NCBI GenBank assembly: GCA_036338695.1
Contig: JAYZBQ010000048.1
Coordinates: 1 to 64,000, forward strand
DNA length: 64,000 bases
Direction of reading: 5' to 3'
From: Myxococcota bacterium
Lineage (GTDB): Bacteria > Myxococcota > UBA4151
Shown here in pieces: positions 48,564-57,340 of this stretch. The translations under genes and the position numbers were made by a program. The notes below the pieces were generated by a model. It saw only the letters and a program-made list of their open reading frames with translations, searched no databases and had not been told where the DNA came from. Every line of letters begins with the position of its first letter. Within the stretch, counting starts at the first letter, position 1.

Positions 48564-49184
48564 TTATGCGCCCCCTTGCAAGCTTTCTGTCGTGGTCGAC
48601 TCGTCTTCCGCAAGCGCCGCCTCGAGCTCGGCTTGGTGCTGCTTGATCCGTCGCTCCTCGCGACCGCCCAAGAGCAAGACGAGGATGCCGCCGCAGACAA
48701 TTGCCGAGTCCGCCACATTGAAGGTCGGGAAGGTGTAGCTTGGATTGATCCCACGCAGGTGCCAATCGATGAAATCGACCACATAACCAAGGCGCACACG
48801 ATCGATCAGGTTGCCCAGCGCACCACCGAGGATGAGACCGAGACTGACCTGCATGATTTTAGCCTCAGGGCCGAGCCGCTTAAGCCAGATGAGGACCCCG
48901 ACGATCGCGCCCACGCTCACGGCGATCAGGAGCGGCATCCGGATCCATTCTGGGATCGACTGCGTCAGGCTAAATGCCGCCGCACGGTTCTCCGCGTAGC
49001 GAAACCAAAACCATGAATCGATCACCTTGATGAAGCCATCAGGCGTGCGCGCCCAGCCGTACTGAGCCCAAGCTTCTGCTCGACTCAAGCGCTCCAGCGC
49101 CCACAGCTTCGACCATTGGTCCAGCGCCGCAATGACCACCAGAAGGGTGAGCGGACGCGTGTAAATCTTTCCAAGGTTTCCCAT
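48564..49184 (-). CDS. lspA: Lipoprotein signal peptidase II
   Basis: LDQWSK, NRAAAFS, GGALGNLIDR, VVDFI and FNVAD motifs; start set at MGNLGK just after the secA stop. Confidence 0.95.
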   Translation of the reverse strand: MGNLGKIYTRPLTLLVVIAALDQWSKLWALERLSRAEAWAQYGWARTPDGFIKVIDSWFWFRYAENRAAAFSLTQSIPEWIRMPLLIAVSVGAIVGVLIWLKRLGPEAKIMQVSLGLILGGALGNLIDRVRLGYVVDFIDWHLRGINPSYTFPTFNVADSAIVCGGILVLLLGGREERRIKQHQAELEAALAEDESTTTESLQGGA

Positions 49185-49185
49185 C

Positions 49186-52077
49186 TCAGATCTCTGCTGA
49201 CTCTGCGCCTGGACGCCCATGGCAATGTTTATACTTCTTCCCGGAGCCGCACCAGCAAGGGTCATTCCTCCCTATCTTCGGCCGATCGCGACGAACCGTC
49301 CCCTCTTCGGCGCCGCCTGCCACGCGTCCCGTGTAGGTGGCGGCTTTGCGCGCCCGCCGGCTGCTGCGTTGCTCACCCGCCTGGGCAGCACGGCGCTGCT
49401 CCTCGATCAATCGACGTGCACGAGCTCGACGCTCCGCCTCTTCGCGAGCGACCGCCTCCTCATCGACGAGGTCGACACGGAACAGCTGCATCAGCGCGTC
49501 TCGGCTGACGCGATCGAGCATCGCCGTAAACAGCGTAAAGCCCTCTCGGCGGTACTCATGACGCGGGTCCTTCTGACCGTAACCCCGCAGATAGATCCCC
49601 TCTTTGAGGTGGTCCATCTGGGTCAGGTGCGCCTTCCAGTGATGATCGATGCTGCGCAGGTAAAACGTCTGCGCCAGATCATCGTAGGTCGCCCCCGAGA
49701 ACTCCGCTCGTCGCTTCTCGTGCTGACGGGCGATCGCTGAGTAGATGTAGTTCCCGAGCTCCATCTGGTAGGCGGCGCGATCGGGCACGTCACCGCGTCG
49801 TAAACCACTGAGACTGAGAGGCACATCAAAGACCTTGAAGCACTCGCCCTCAAGCGCCTCGAGCGACCAATCGGATGACGGCTGCATCACCGGGCAGAAA
49901 CGACCGACCGTGTCGATCACCGTGCTCTCGACGCTGTCGCGCACGCGCTTGTCGAAATTTTCACCCGCGAGGATCTCGCGCCGCAGCCCGTACAGCGTTG
50001 CCCGCTGCTGGTTCATGACGTTGTCCATCTCGAGCACGTTTTTGCGGATACCGAAGTTGTAAGCCTCCACCCGCTTCTGCGCCCCCTCGATCTGACGGCT
50101 CACGAGGCGAGAGTCGATGACGTCATCCTCCTTCATCCCGCCCCAGCGCTCCATCATGCCCTGCAGCTTCTCGCCAGCAAAGCGGCGCATCAGGTCGTCT
50201 TCCAGGCTCAAAAAGAATTGCGATGAACCCGGGTCGCCCTGACGCCCGGAGCGACCGCGCAGCTGATTATCGATCCGCCGGCTCTCATGACGCTCCGAGC
50301 CCAAGATGTGCATCCCGCCCGCAGCGAGGACCTTGTCTTTTTCGCCCGCCATCTCGGACTCAGCCTTCTCGAGCTCCACCGCATACTCGGCGATCAAGCC
50401 CTCAACGAACTTGGCGGCTTGGTCATGCAACGCTTGATCCTGCTCGGCTGGGTAGTCCTCCTCAGCCACGGCTTGAGGGTCGATCAGCTCGGGGCGTCCA
50501 CTCATCCATTTAAAGGTCTCACCCGCAACCTCCTGGTTTCGGGCTCGAATGACGCGCTCACGCGCCAAAAACTCGGGGTTACCACCGAGCAAGATATCCG
50601 TACCACGCCCCGCCATGTTGGTGGCGATGGTGACCGCCCCGAGGCGACCTGCCTGGGCGACGATCTGGCTCTCTTTGGCGTGATGCTTTGCGTTGAGCAC
50701 CGTATGCTCGACCTCGCGCCGCGCCAAGAACCGGCTCAGGACCTCAGAGCGCTCAACCGAGGCGGTCCCGACAAGCACCGGCTGACCCTTATTTTGGCGC
50801 TTCTCGATGTCATCGCAGATGGCCTCGAACTTAGCTCGCTCGGACAAGAAGATGAGGTCCGGCTCGTCGATACGAGCGATCGGCTTGTTGGTCGGGACGA
50901 CCACGACGTCCATACCGTAGACGCTCATAAACTCTTCCCGCTCGGTCTCAGCCGTACCGGTCATGCCGGACAGCTTCTCATACATGCGGAAATAGTTCTG
51001 AAAGGTGATGGTCGCGAGCGTGTGGTTCTCACGCTGAATACGGACACCCTCTTTCGCCTCGACCGCCTGGTGCAGGCCGTCGCTCCAGCGCCGACCGTCC
51101 ATGAGGCGCCCGGTAAATTCATCGACGATGACCACCTCACCGCCCGTGACCACATAGTCGACGTCGCGCCGGTACACAGCGTGAGCACGAAGCGCCTGGT
51201 TCATATGGTGCACCATCTCGATGTGCTGCATATCGTAGAGGTTGTTGACCCCAAGCAGCTCCTCGACTCGGTGCACCCCGCGCTCGGTCAGCGTCACCGA
51301 CCGGCTGCGCTCCTCCACCACGTACTCCACGTCGCGACGCAGCTTCGGGATGAGGCGATCGGCTTTGTGATAGATCTCTTCGCTCAACTCGGCAGGCCCC
51401 GAGATGATCAGCGGCGTACGCGCTTCGTCGATCAAGATCGAGTCGACCTCATCGACGATGCCGTAGGCGAGCGGTCGCTGAACCATCTCATCGTGCGCAA
51501 ACTTCATGTTATCGCGCAGGTAGTCGAAGCCGAACTCGTTGTTCGTTCCGTAGGTGATGTCGGCGTGATAAGCCGCCCGGCGCGTCTCATCGCTGATGTC
51601 GGCGGTGATAATCCCGGTCGACAAACCAAGCCAGCCGTACAGCTTGCCCATCCACTCCGCGTCGCGACGAGCGAGGTAGTCGTTGACGGTGACCAGGTGC
51701 GCGCCGCGCCCGCTGAGCGCGTTGAGATAAACCGGGAGGGTCGCGACGAGCGTTTTCCCTTCACCGGTACGCATCTCTGCGATCTTACCTTCGTGAAGCA
51801 CCATCCCGCCTGCGAGCTGGACGTCGTAGTGGCGCATGTCGAGCACACGCTTACCCGCCTCACGAACGACGGCGAAGGCAGGCGCTAAGATCGAGTCCAG
51901 GCTGGCGCCGTTCTCAAGCTTTTCTTTAAAGACCGCCGTCTGAGCTCGGAGGTCATCATCGCTCAGCGCAGCAAACTGCGGCTCGAGCTGATTGATCCGT
52001 GTAATCGCCGGCCGGAGCTTCTTGATCACGCGATCCGAGCGCGTGCCAAAAACCTTCTCTACGTACTGCTTCACCAT
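49186..52077 (-). CDS. secA: Protein translocase ATPase SecA
   Basis: MRTGEGKT, DEVDSILIDEARTPLIISG, TNMAGRGTDI and RGRSGRQGDPG motifs; C-terminal CWCGSGKKYKHCH. Confidence 0.98.
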   Translation of the reverse strand: MVKQYVEKVFGTRSDRVIKKLRPAITRINQLEPQFAALSDDDLRAQTAVFKEKLENGASLDSILAPAFAVVREAGKRVLDMRHYDVQLAGGMVLHEGKIAEMRTGEGKTLVATLPVYLNALSGRGAHLVTVNDYLARRDAEWMGKLYGWLGLSTGIITADISDETRRAAYHADITYGTNNEFGFDYLRDNMKFAHDEMVQRPLAYGIVDEVDSILIDEARTPLIISGPAELSEEIYHKADRLIPKLRRDVEYVVEERSRSVTLTERGVHRVEELLGVNNLYDMQHIEMVHHMNQALRAHAVYRRDVDYVVTGGEVVIVDEFTGRLMDGRRWSDGLHQAVEAKEGVRIQRENHTLATITFQNYFRMYEKLSGMTGTAETEREEFMSVYGMDVVVVPTNKPIARIDEPDLIFLSERAKFEAICDDIEKRQNKGQPVLVGTASVERSEVLSRFLARREVEHTVLNAKHHAKESQIVAQAGRLGAVTIATNMAGRGTDILLGGNPEFLARERVIRARNQEVAGETFKWMSGRPELIDPQAVAEEDYPAEQDQALHDQAAKFVEGLIAEYAVELEKAESEMAGEKDKVLAAGGMHILGSERHESRRIDNQLRGRSGRQGDPGSSQFFLSLEDDLMRRFAGEKLQGMMERWGGMKEDDVIDSRLVSRQIEGAQKRVEAYNFGIRKNVLEMDNVMNQQRATLYGLRREILAGENFDKRVRDSVESTVIDTVGRFCPVMQPSSDWSLEALEGECFKVFDVPLSLSGLRRGDVPDRAAYQMELGNYIYSAIARQHEKRRAEFSGATYDDLAQTFYLRSIDHHWKAHLTQMDHLKEGIYLRGYGQKDPRHEYRREGFTLFTAMLDRVSRDALMQLFRVDLVDEEAVAREEAERRARARRLIEEQRRAAQAGEQRSSRRARKAATYTGRVAGGAEEGTVRRDRPKIGRNDPCWCGSGKKYKHCHGRPGAESAEI

Positions 52078-52134
52078 CCATCACCCCAGACCTGCTCGAG
52101 CAGGACACTCCGAAAGCACGACTTTCGTTTAACT

Positions 52135-52986
52135 TCAATCGAGGATGAAGTACTCGGGGTCTGCAGCGACGCCATCGACCAACACCTCGTAATGTAGGTG
52201 GGGACCTGTCGACCGACCAGACATTCCAACGCTGCCGATGCGGTCCCCGCGACGCACTGTGTCTCCAGCGCGCACCGCAGCATCCGCGAGATGTGCATAC
52301 TTCGTCATCATGCCAAAGCCGTGGTCAACCATCACCACCAGCCCGTAACCTGTTTGTTCTTCTACCTTGATCACCGCCCCATCGGCGGGGCTCACGATCG
52401 GTGTGCCGATCGAGGCCGCAAAATCGATCCCGCGATGCATGGTGTTGCGACCCGTCATCGGGTCTTTGCGCATACCGAACCTGCTGGTCAGCCAGCCTTT
52501 CGTCGGACGCAGCGCCGGGGTTGAGGCCAGGCGAGCTTGCATCGCCTCAAAGTGACGCGCCAAAGCCTCGAGCTGCTCGACTTGATGGTTCGCCTCATCG
52601 AGCAGCCCGTCCATGCGCTCACTCATGAGGTGCTCTCGCGCTTGGCGCAGCAACGGGTGCTCGCGATCACCCCAAGGCGAGTCGTACTTGGAGTCCGGGT
52701 CGTCGACCGGCCCGATCGCCAGTCGGCGCCCGGGGTCCGAGAGCTGTGCCAGCTCGCGCAGACGCTCCTCAAGCGCGTCGACCTGCTCGAGCCGCTGCGC
52801 CAGCGCCCCCATCTTTTCCTGCGTTCGCTCGACCTGAGCGCGCAGCTCAGTGCTGCGGTCTTCGCCCTGTTGCACCTGCCGACCCTGAAGCCAGCCGCGC
52901 ACCCCAAAGAAGCTCACCAGCGCAACGCCTACGACCGCAAACAGCGCGCTCGCTACGACGGCACGGAGCCATCGTCGCCGAAACAC
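52135..52986 (-). CDS. M23 family metallopeptidase (TM, coiled coil, catalytic domain)
   Basis: HRGID, YAHL and STGPHLHYEV motifs. Confidence 0.92.
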   Translation of the reverse strand: MFRRRWLRAVVASALFAVVGVALVSFFGVRGWLQGRQVQQGEDRSTELRAQVERTQEKMGALAQRLEQVDALEERLRELAQLSDPGRRLAIGPVDDPDSKYDSPWGDREHPLLRQAREHLMSERMDGLLDEANHQVEQLEALARHFEAMQARLASTPALRPTKGWLTSRFGMRKDPMTGRNTMHRGIDFAASIGTPIVSPADGAVIKVEEQTGYGLVVMVDHGFGMMTKYAHLADAAVRAGDTVRRGDRIGSVGMSGRSTGPHLHYEVLVDGVAADPEYFILD

Positions 52987-53195
52987 AAAGTACCGCGTAC
53001 GCCCGCTTCGTTCGGGCGTGAGCGTGACCGTGTAGTGCTCATTGCGGCGGTTTTTCAGCGCGACCTCCCAAGCGACCGGCTCTGGCTAGAGTCTGGTCGT
53101 ACGCCCGTCAAGCATTCCCCTCGCCCATGACAGCGTCCACGAGCGCCAGTTTAGTCCTATTTTGGGCGCAAGCAAGAAGCGGCGACAGGCAGCGC

Positions 53196-53975
53196 CTACT
53201 CGGCTGCAGAGGCGCCCTGGTCCACCGAGACGCACAGGGCGGTGATGTTGTCCTCACCGCCGTGAGCACAGGCGAGTTCGATCAACATCTTTGGGCATTG
53301 CTCAACGAAGTGGCTTCGGAGCACGTCGGCGATCTCGTCATCCGTGACCATACCGTTGAGGCCATCGCTGCAAAGCAGCAAGAGGTCACCTTGCTCAAGC
53401 GCAACGTAGTAGAGGTCGACCTCGACCTCTGCGTCGACCCCGATCGAGCGGGTGATGATGTTGCGGTATTGGCTGACGCGCGCCTGCGCCTCGGTCATGA
53501 GCCCAAGCCGAACCTGCTCGGCGACCAGGCTATGGTCCATCGTCACCTGATACAGCTGATTCTGACGCAGCAAATAGGCGCGGGAGTCACCGACATGCCC
53601 GATAAATGCCTGCTGCCCCATGATGAGGACAGAGGTCACCGTCGTCCCCATACCCTGAAGTTCGGGGTGGTCCGAGCTGGCTTGGTAGACGCTCCTGTTG
53701 GCGCGTTTCATCGCCTCGCGCAGGGCTCCCACAGCCGGCGAGTCCTCACTCGGCTCACCCTCAATTGCGCCTTGCTCATCCAGCGCCGTGCGATGCTCAA
53801 GCAGGCTCTCGCGGACCACCTCAACCGACATCGACGACGCCTTCTCGCCCGCTCGATGGCCACCCATACCGTCGGCGACGATGAACAGACCGAGGTCGTG
53901 ATCCACGAGGAAGCTGTCCTCGTTTCCTTCACGCACTAGCCCGACGTCGGTGGCGGCTGAGACGGTTAAATGCAC
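53196..53975 (-). CDS. PP2C-type Ser/Thr phosphatase (Stp1/PrpC)
   Basis: NED, ADGMGG, HVGDSRAY, DHS, CSDGL and GGEDN motifs. Confidence 0.95.
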   Translation of the reverse strand: MHLTVSAATDVGLVREGNEDSFLVDHDLGLFIVADGMGGHRAGEKASSMSVEVVRESLLEHRTALDEQGAIEGEPSEDSPAVGALREAMKRANRSVYQASSDHPELQGMGTTVTSVLIMGQQAFIGHVGDSRAYLLRQNQLYQVTMDHSLVAEQVRLGLMTEAQARVSQYRNIITRSIGVDAEVEVDLYYVALEQGDLLLLCSDGLNGMVTDDEIADVLRSHFVEQCPKMLIELACAHGGEDNITALCVSVDQGASAAE

Positions 53976-54117
53976 CGTGATCTCCTACTCGGACGCGCCG
54001 GTTGCCACGTGGTCCTACGCCGAACAAGGTAATTGTTCTGCGTGGTAGCGTTTACCCGGTTGTTCGATGGCGCTGCGTTTTGTAGCGTCGGAGCGCAATG
54101 GTCTTACGAGGTGTGAA

Positions 54118-54876
54118 TTGGACTTCGCGACACTAGTCGGTCTGGTCGCTGGCGTCGGGCTCGTCGCCAACGCGATCGTGAGCGGCGGTAATGCCATCAT
54201 CTTCGTCAACCCGCCATCGCTCATGATCGTGGTCGGTGGGACGCTGGCGGTGGTTTTGATGAAGTTCCCGATGGGCGAGGTCTTCAACTCGTTTCGGGTC
54301 CTCAAGAACGCATTTTTCTTTCAAGCGCCCTCGGCGGTTGAGATCATCAACCAGATCATCGAGATGGCGATGTTGGCGCGTAAAGAGGGTGTGCTGGCGC
54401 TTGAGAGCGTCGAGCCGGAGGACGCCTTTCTGCGGTCTGGAATTCAGCAGGTCGTGGACGGCGTCGACACCGGGCACATCAAGCGGGCGATGAACCAAGA
54501 GCTCGACCAGATGGTGGCGAGGCATGACGTGGGCATCTCGATCTTTAAAATGGGCGGTGACGTGGCGCCCGCCTTCGGGATGATCGGGACGCTGATCGGA
54601 TTGGTTCAGATGCTCTCGGCGATGGAGGACCCCTCGGCGATCGGACCGGCGATGGCGATCGCCCTGCTGACGACCCTCTACGGCGCCTTTATGGCGAACG
54701 TGTTCTTCCTACCCATTGCCGACAAGCTGGCCTTTCGCTCAGAGCAAGAGCTGTTTGTTCGCAAGCTGATGCTCGATGGGATCTTAGCTATCGGACGCGG
54801 CGAGACGAACCCAAACCAACTCAAGACCATGCTGGGCGCCAACCTTGCGCCCAAGGAGCGTGAGCAGTTGGAGTAG
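54118..54876 (+). CDS. motA: Flagellar-type stator A subunit (MotA/PomA)
   Basis: TTG start after GAGGTG, giving MDFATLVGL; PSLMIVVGGT, ARKEGVLALE, APAFGMIGTLIGL and LLTTLYG motifs. Confidence 0.92.
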   Translation: MDFATLVGLVAGVGLVANAIVSGGNAIIFVNPPSLMIVVGGTLAVVLMKFPMGEVFNSFRVLKNAFFFQAPSAVEIINQIIEMAMLARKEGVLALESVEPEDAFLRSGIQQVVDGVDTGHIKRAMNQELDQMVARHDVGISIFKMGGDVAPAFGMIGTLIGLVQMLSAMEDPSAIGPAMAIALLTTLYGAFMANVFFLPIADKLAFRSEQELFVRKLMLDGILAIGRGETNPNQLKTMLGANLAPKEREQLE

Positions 54877-54882
54877 TGACTG

Positions 54883-55773
54883 ATGGAAGAAGAAGAACTC
54901 CCACCAGTCCTCGACGACACGGAACTCTTCGCCAGCGCTCATGAGACGCGCGCGGCGACTATCGCCGAGCTCGAAGCTGACGAGCCCAAGCCGCTGCTCG
55001 CCGACGACGACTTCGACGACGAAGAGGAAAAGGTCCGCTACAAAAAGGTGTTCGTTGGCGCCCCCATGTGGGTGGTCACTTTTGGTGACCTGATGAGCCT
55101 CCTGCTCACCTTCTTCGTGCTCATCCTCAGCTTTTCCACCATGGATCCGGTCAAGTTCAAGGTAGTGCGCGGGTCGCTCGATACGGCGCTCGGGATCCAA
55201 AAGAAGATCTCGGCGAAGAGCATGCCGCGCGCCGACAATATGATCGCGACCGAGTTCAGCCGGCGAGACTTCAACAAGCAGATCGAGAGCATCCTCAAGA
55301 AGGCGCTGCGCGACACCTTCCCGCCGGGGCAAGAGCCGGGGCGCGTCGAGAAGGTCAATGATATCCGCGGCGAGGTCGTGCGCTTCATCGCGTACGATCT
55401 GTTCCTGCCAGGAAGTGAGGCGGCGGCTCCCAAGGCGAAGACCGTCTACCAGGTGATGGCTGATACGCTGGTGAACATGAACGCACGGATGGAGGTACGC
55501 GGCATCGCCCTTGAGCGCTTTGCGCAGGACCTGCGGCAACGTGGTCAGGCACGCCGCGACGGCGTGACTCCTGTTCGCGTCGCCGCTCGACGGGCGGTCA
55601 TAGCGAGCCGGGGCGTTCAGAGCCGGCGCCCGCGCGAGATCAGCAGCCGAACCGTCCTACCCGGTGTCACACCCGGGCTCTCGCAGAGCGAGCCGCCCGG
55701 CGTCGTCAACCTGACTGAGTTCGTCTTTTTAGCACCCGATCAAACCCCTGCGGATCGCGAGGGGACGCCATGA
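54883..55773 (+). CDS. Stator B subunit (MotB/PomB-like) with acidic N-terminal extension and degenerate periplasmic domain
   Basis: WVVTFGDLMSLLLTFFVL TM with the conserved Asp; no recognisable HTD or NRRxE peptidoglycan-binding motif. Confidence 0.8.
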   Translation: MEEEELPPVLDDTELFASAHETRAATIAELEADEPKPLLADDDFDDEEEKVRYKKVFVGAPMWVVTFGDLMSLLLTFFVLILSFSTMDPVKFKVVRGSLDTALGIQKKISAKSMPRADNMIATEFSRRDFNKQIESILKKALRDTFPPGQEPGRVEKVNDIRGEVVRFIAYDLFLPGSEAAAPKAKTVYQVMADTLVNMNARMEVRGIALERFAQDLRQRGQARRDGVTPVRVAARRAVIASRGVQSRRPREISSRTVLPGVTPGLSQSEPPGVVNLTEFVFLAPDQTPADREGTP

Positions 55774-56555
55774 CCAAGATCGTCTTGAAAGTCACAAAAG
55801 GTGCGCCCGCCTGGGTCGTCACGTTCGGTGACCTCATGAGCTTATTACTGACCTTCTTTGTCCTCTTGCTCAGCTTCTCACGCGTGTCCGTCTCTCAGCG
55901 CTATCAGGAGGTTAATGGCACGCTCAAAAACGCCTTCGGCTTGGCGCAGACGACGTCGGTTTCGACGCCATCAGCGATGGATCTGATCAAGATTAACGAC
56001 GACTTCACCATGACCGCCACAAAGATCGAAGAAGAGCTACGCAAAGAGGTGGTCCCGAGGTTCCCGCTCGACGAAAAGAAGATCGAGAAACCCGAAGTCA
56101 TCCGCCGCAAAGACCGGGTCATCCTGCGCTTCAATGGTGAGGCCATGTTCCCCTCGGGCAAACAAGAGATCGACCCACGGTTTCACGCCTTCCTCGACTC
56201 GGTGGCGGCACGCGCCGCAGCCAACAAGGTGAACACGATCATCGAAGCCCACACCGACAACGTCTCCTTTCGAACGCGCCTCTTTTCGTCAAACAGCGAC
56301 CTGAGCACCGCTCGGGCGGCTCAGGTTGCGGGTTACATCACCAGCGTTCAGCGTTTGAGCGCAGCGCGTGTGCTCGCGATCGGTAAAGGCCCTTACGAGC
56401 CGCTTCATCGCAACAACACCCGCAAAGGCCGCGCAAAAAACCGGCGTATAGAGATTCAATTCGTCGAAAATATGGCAGAGAAGGGCAGCCTCCGGCTCGG
56501 GACGAACAAAGGGGTCCGCTTCGAGGTCGGCGGGAAAGAGAAGACGCCACCATGA
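55770..56555 (+). CDS. motB: Stator B subunit (MotB/PomB) with OmpA-like domain
   Basis: WVVTFGDLMSLLLTFFVL; EAHTDN, NSDLSTARA and NRRIEI motifs. Confidence 0.88.
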   Translation: MTKIVLKVTKGAPAWVVTFGDLMSLLLTFFVLLLSFSRVSVSQRYQEVNGTLKNAFGLAQTTSVSTPSAMDLIKINDDFTMTATKIEEELRKEVVPRFPLDEKKIEKPEVIRRKDRVILRFNGEAMFPSGKQEIDPRFHAFLDSVAARAAANKVNTIIEAHTDNVSFRTRLFSSNSDLSTARAAQVAGYITSVQRLSAARVLAIGKGPYEPLHRNNTRKGRAKNRRIEIQFVENMAEKGSLRLGTNKGVRFEVGGKEKTPP

Positions 56556-57340
56556 TCTGGCTCCTGACGCGTCCCAACAGCGACGTCGCCGCCGACGCCG
56601 CGGCGCGCCTGATCGCCTTCGCCGAGCAGCAAGGGGTCGAGTGTCGAACCCTTGCAGGTCATGATCGACCTCAAACCGATGACCTCATCGTGGTCCTTGG
56701 CGGCGACGGGAGCTTGATCCGCGCAGCGCGTCGCTACGGCCACCTGAGCTTACCCATGCTGGCGATCAACCTCGGCCGCCTTGGCTACATCACCGGATTC
56801 AGCGCCGAGCATGCGACGCAAGCGCTCCAAGCCGCGATTGATGATCAGCTGATAGAGGATCAACGCCTGCGCCTTGCGATCGCTTGGGGGGACCAGCGCG
56901 CCGCCGCCCTCAACGAAGCGCTGATCACCGCCGGCGAGCCCGGAAGGATCTGCTCGGTGGCGCTCTCCATCGCGGGCAACCCTGCGACGTCGCTGCGCGG
57001 GGACGGCGCGCTCGTGGCGACACCGACGGGGAGCACCGCGTACGCCTTGAGCGCGGGCGGCCCCGTTCTGCTGCCTGACCTCGAGGCGCTCGTGGTCGTC
57101 CCGGTCGCGCCCCATTCCATCCGCTTTCGTCCCCTCGTGCTGCCCCCGCAACACGTGATCAAGATGACCCCAGAGGAGGACGCCTGGCTCGTCCTTGATG
57201 GTCAGAAGCGCTTCAAAATCAACGCCGGAACGACCGTCACCCTCGACGGAACGGCGCCGCCGCTTCGGCTCCTTAAAGCGGCTGAGCATGACCACCTGCA
57301 CACCCTTCGCAACAAGCTGCACTGGGGCGAGTGGTCATGA
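56552..57340 (+). CDS. nadK: NAD kinase
   Basis: LGGDG, NLGRLGY, LNE and DG...ATPTGSTAYALSAGGP motifs; adjacent to recN. Confidence 0.94.
   Translation: MIWLLTRPNSDVAADAAARLIAFAEQQGVECRTLAGHDRPQTDDLIVVLGGDGSLIRAARRYGHLSLPMLAINLGRLGYITGFSAEHATQALQAAIDDQLIEDQRLRLAIAWGDQRAAALNEALITAGEPGRICSVALSIAGNPATSLRGDGALVATPTGSTAYALSAGGPVLLPDLEALVVVPVAPHSIRFRPLVLPPQHVIKMTPEEDAWLVLDGQKRFKINAGTTVTLDGTAPPLRLLKAAEHDHLHTLRNKLHWGEWS

Noticed and set aside
50287..51888. 533-aa + strand ORF and many similar antisense or alternate-frame ORFs in the track
   Set aside because: They overlap well-supported genes such as secA, gspE and rarA and have no recognisable features.
54118..56555. Zorya (ZorAB) defence system
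   Set aside because: The A subunit is a normal-length flagellar-type MotA/PomA with no long cytoplasmic tail, and there are no zorC/D/E-like genes.
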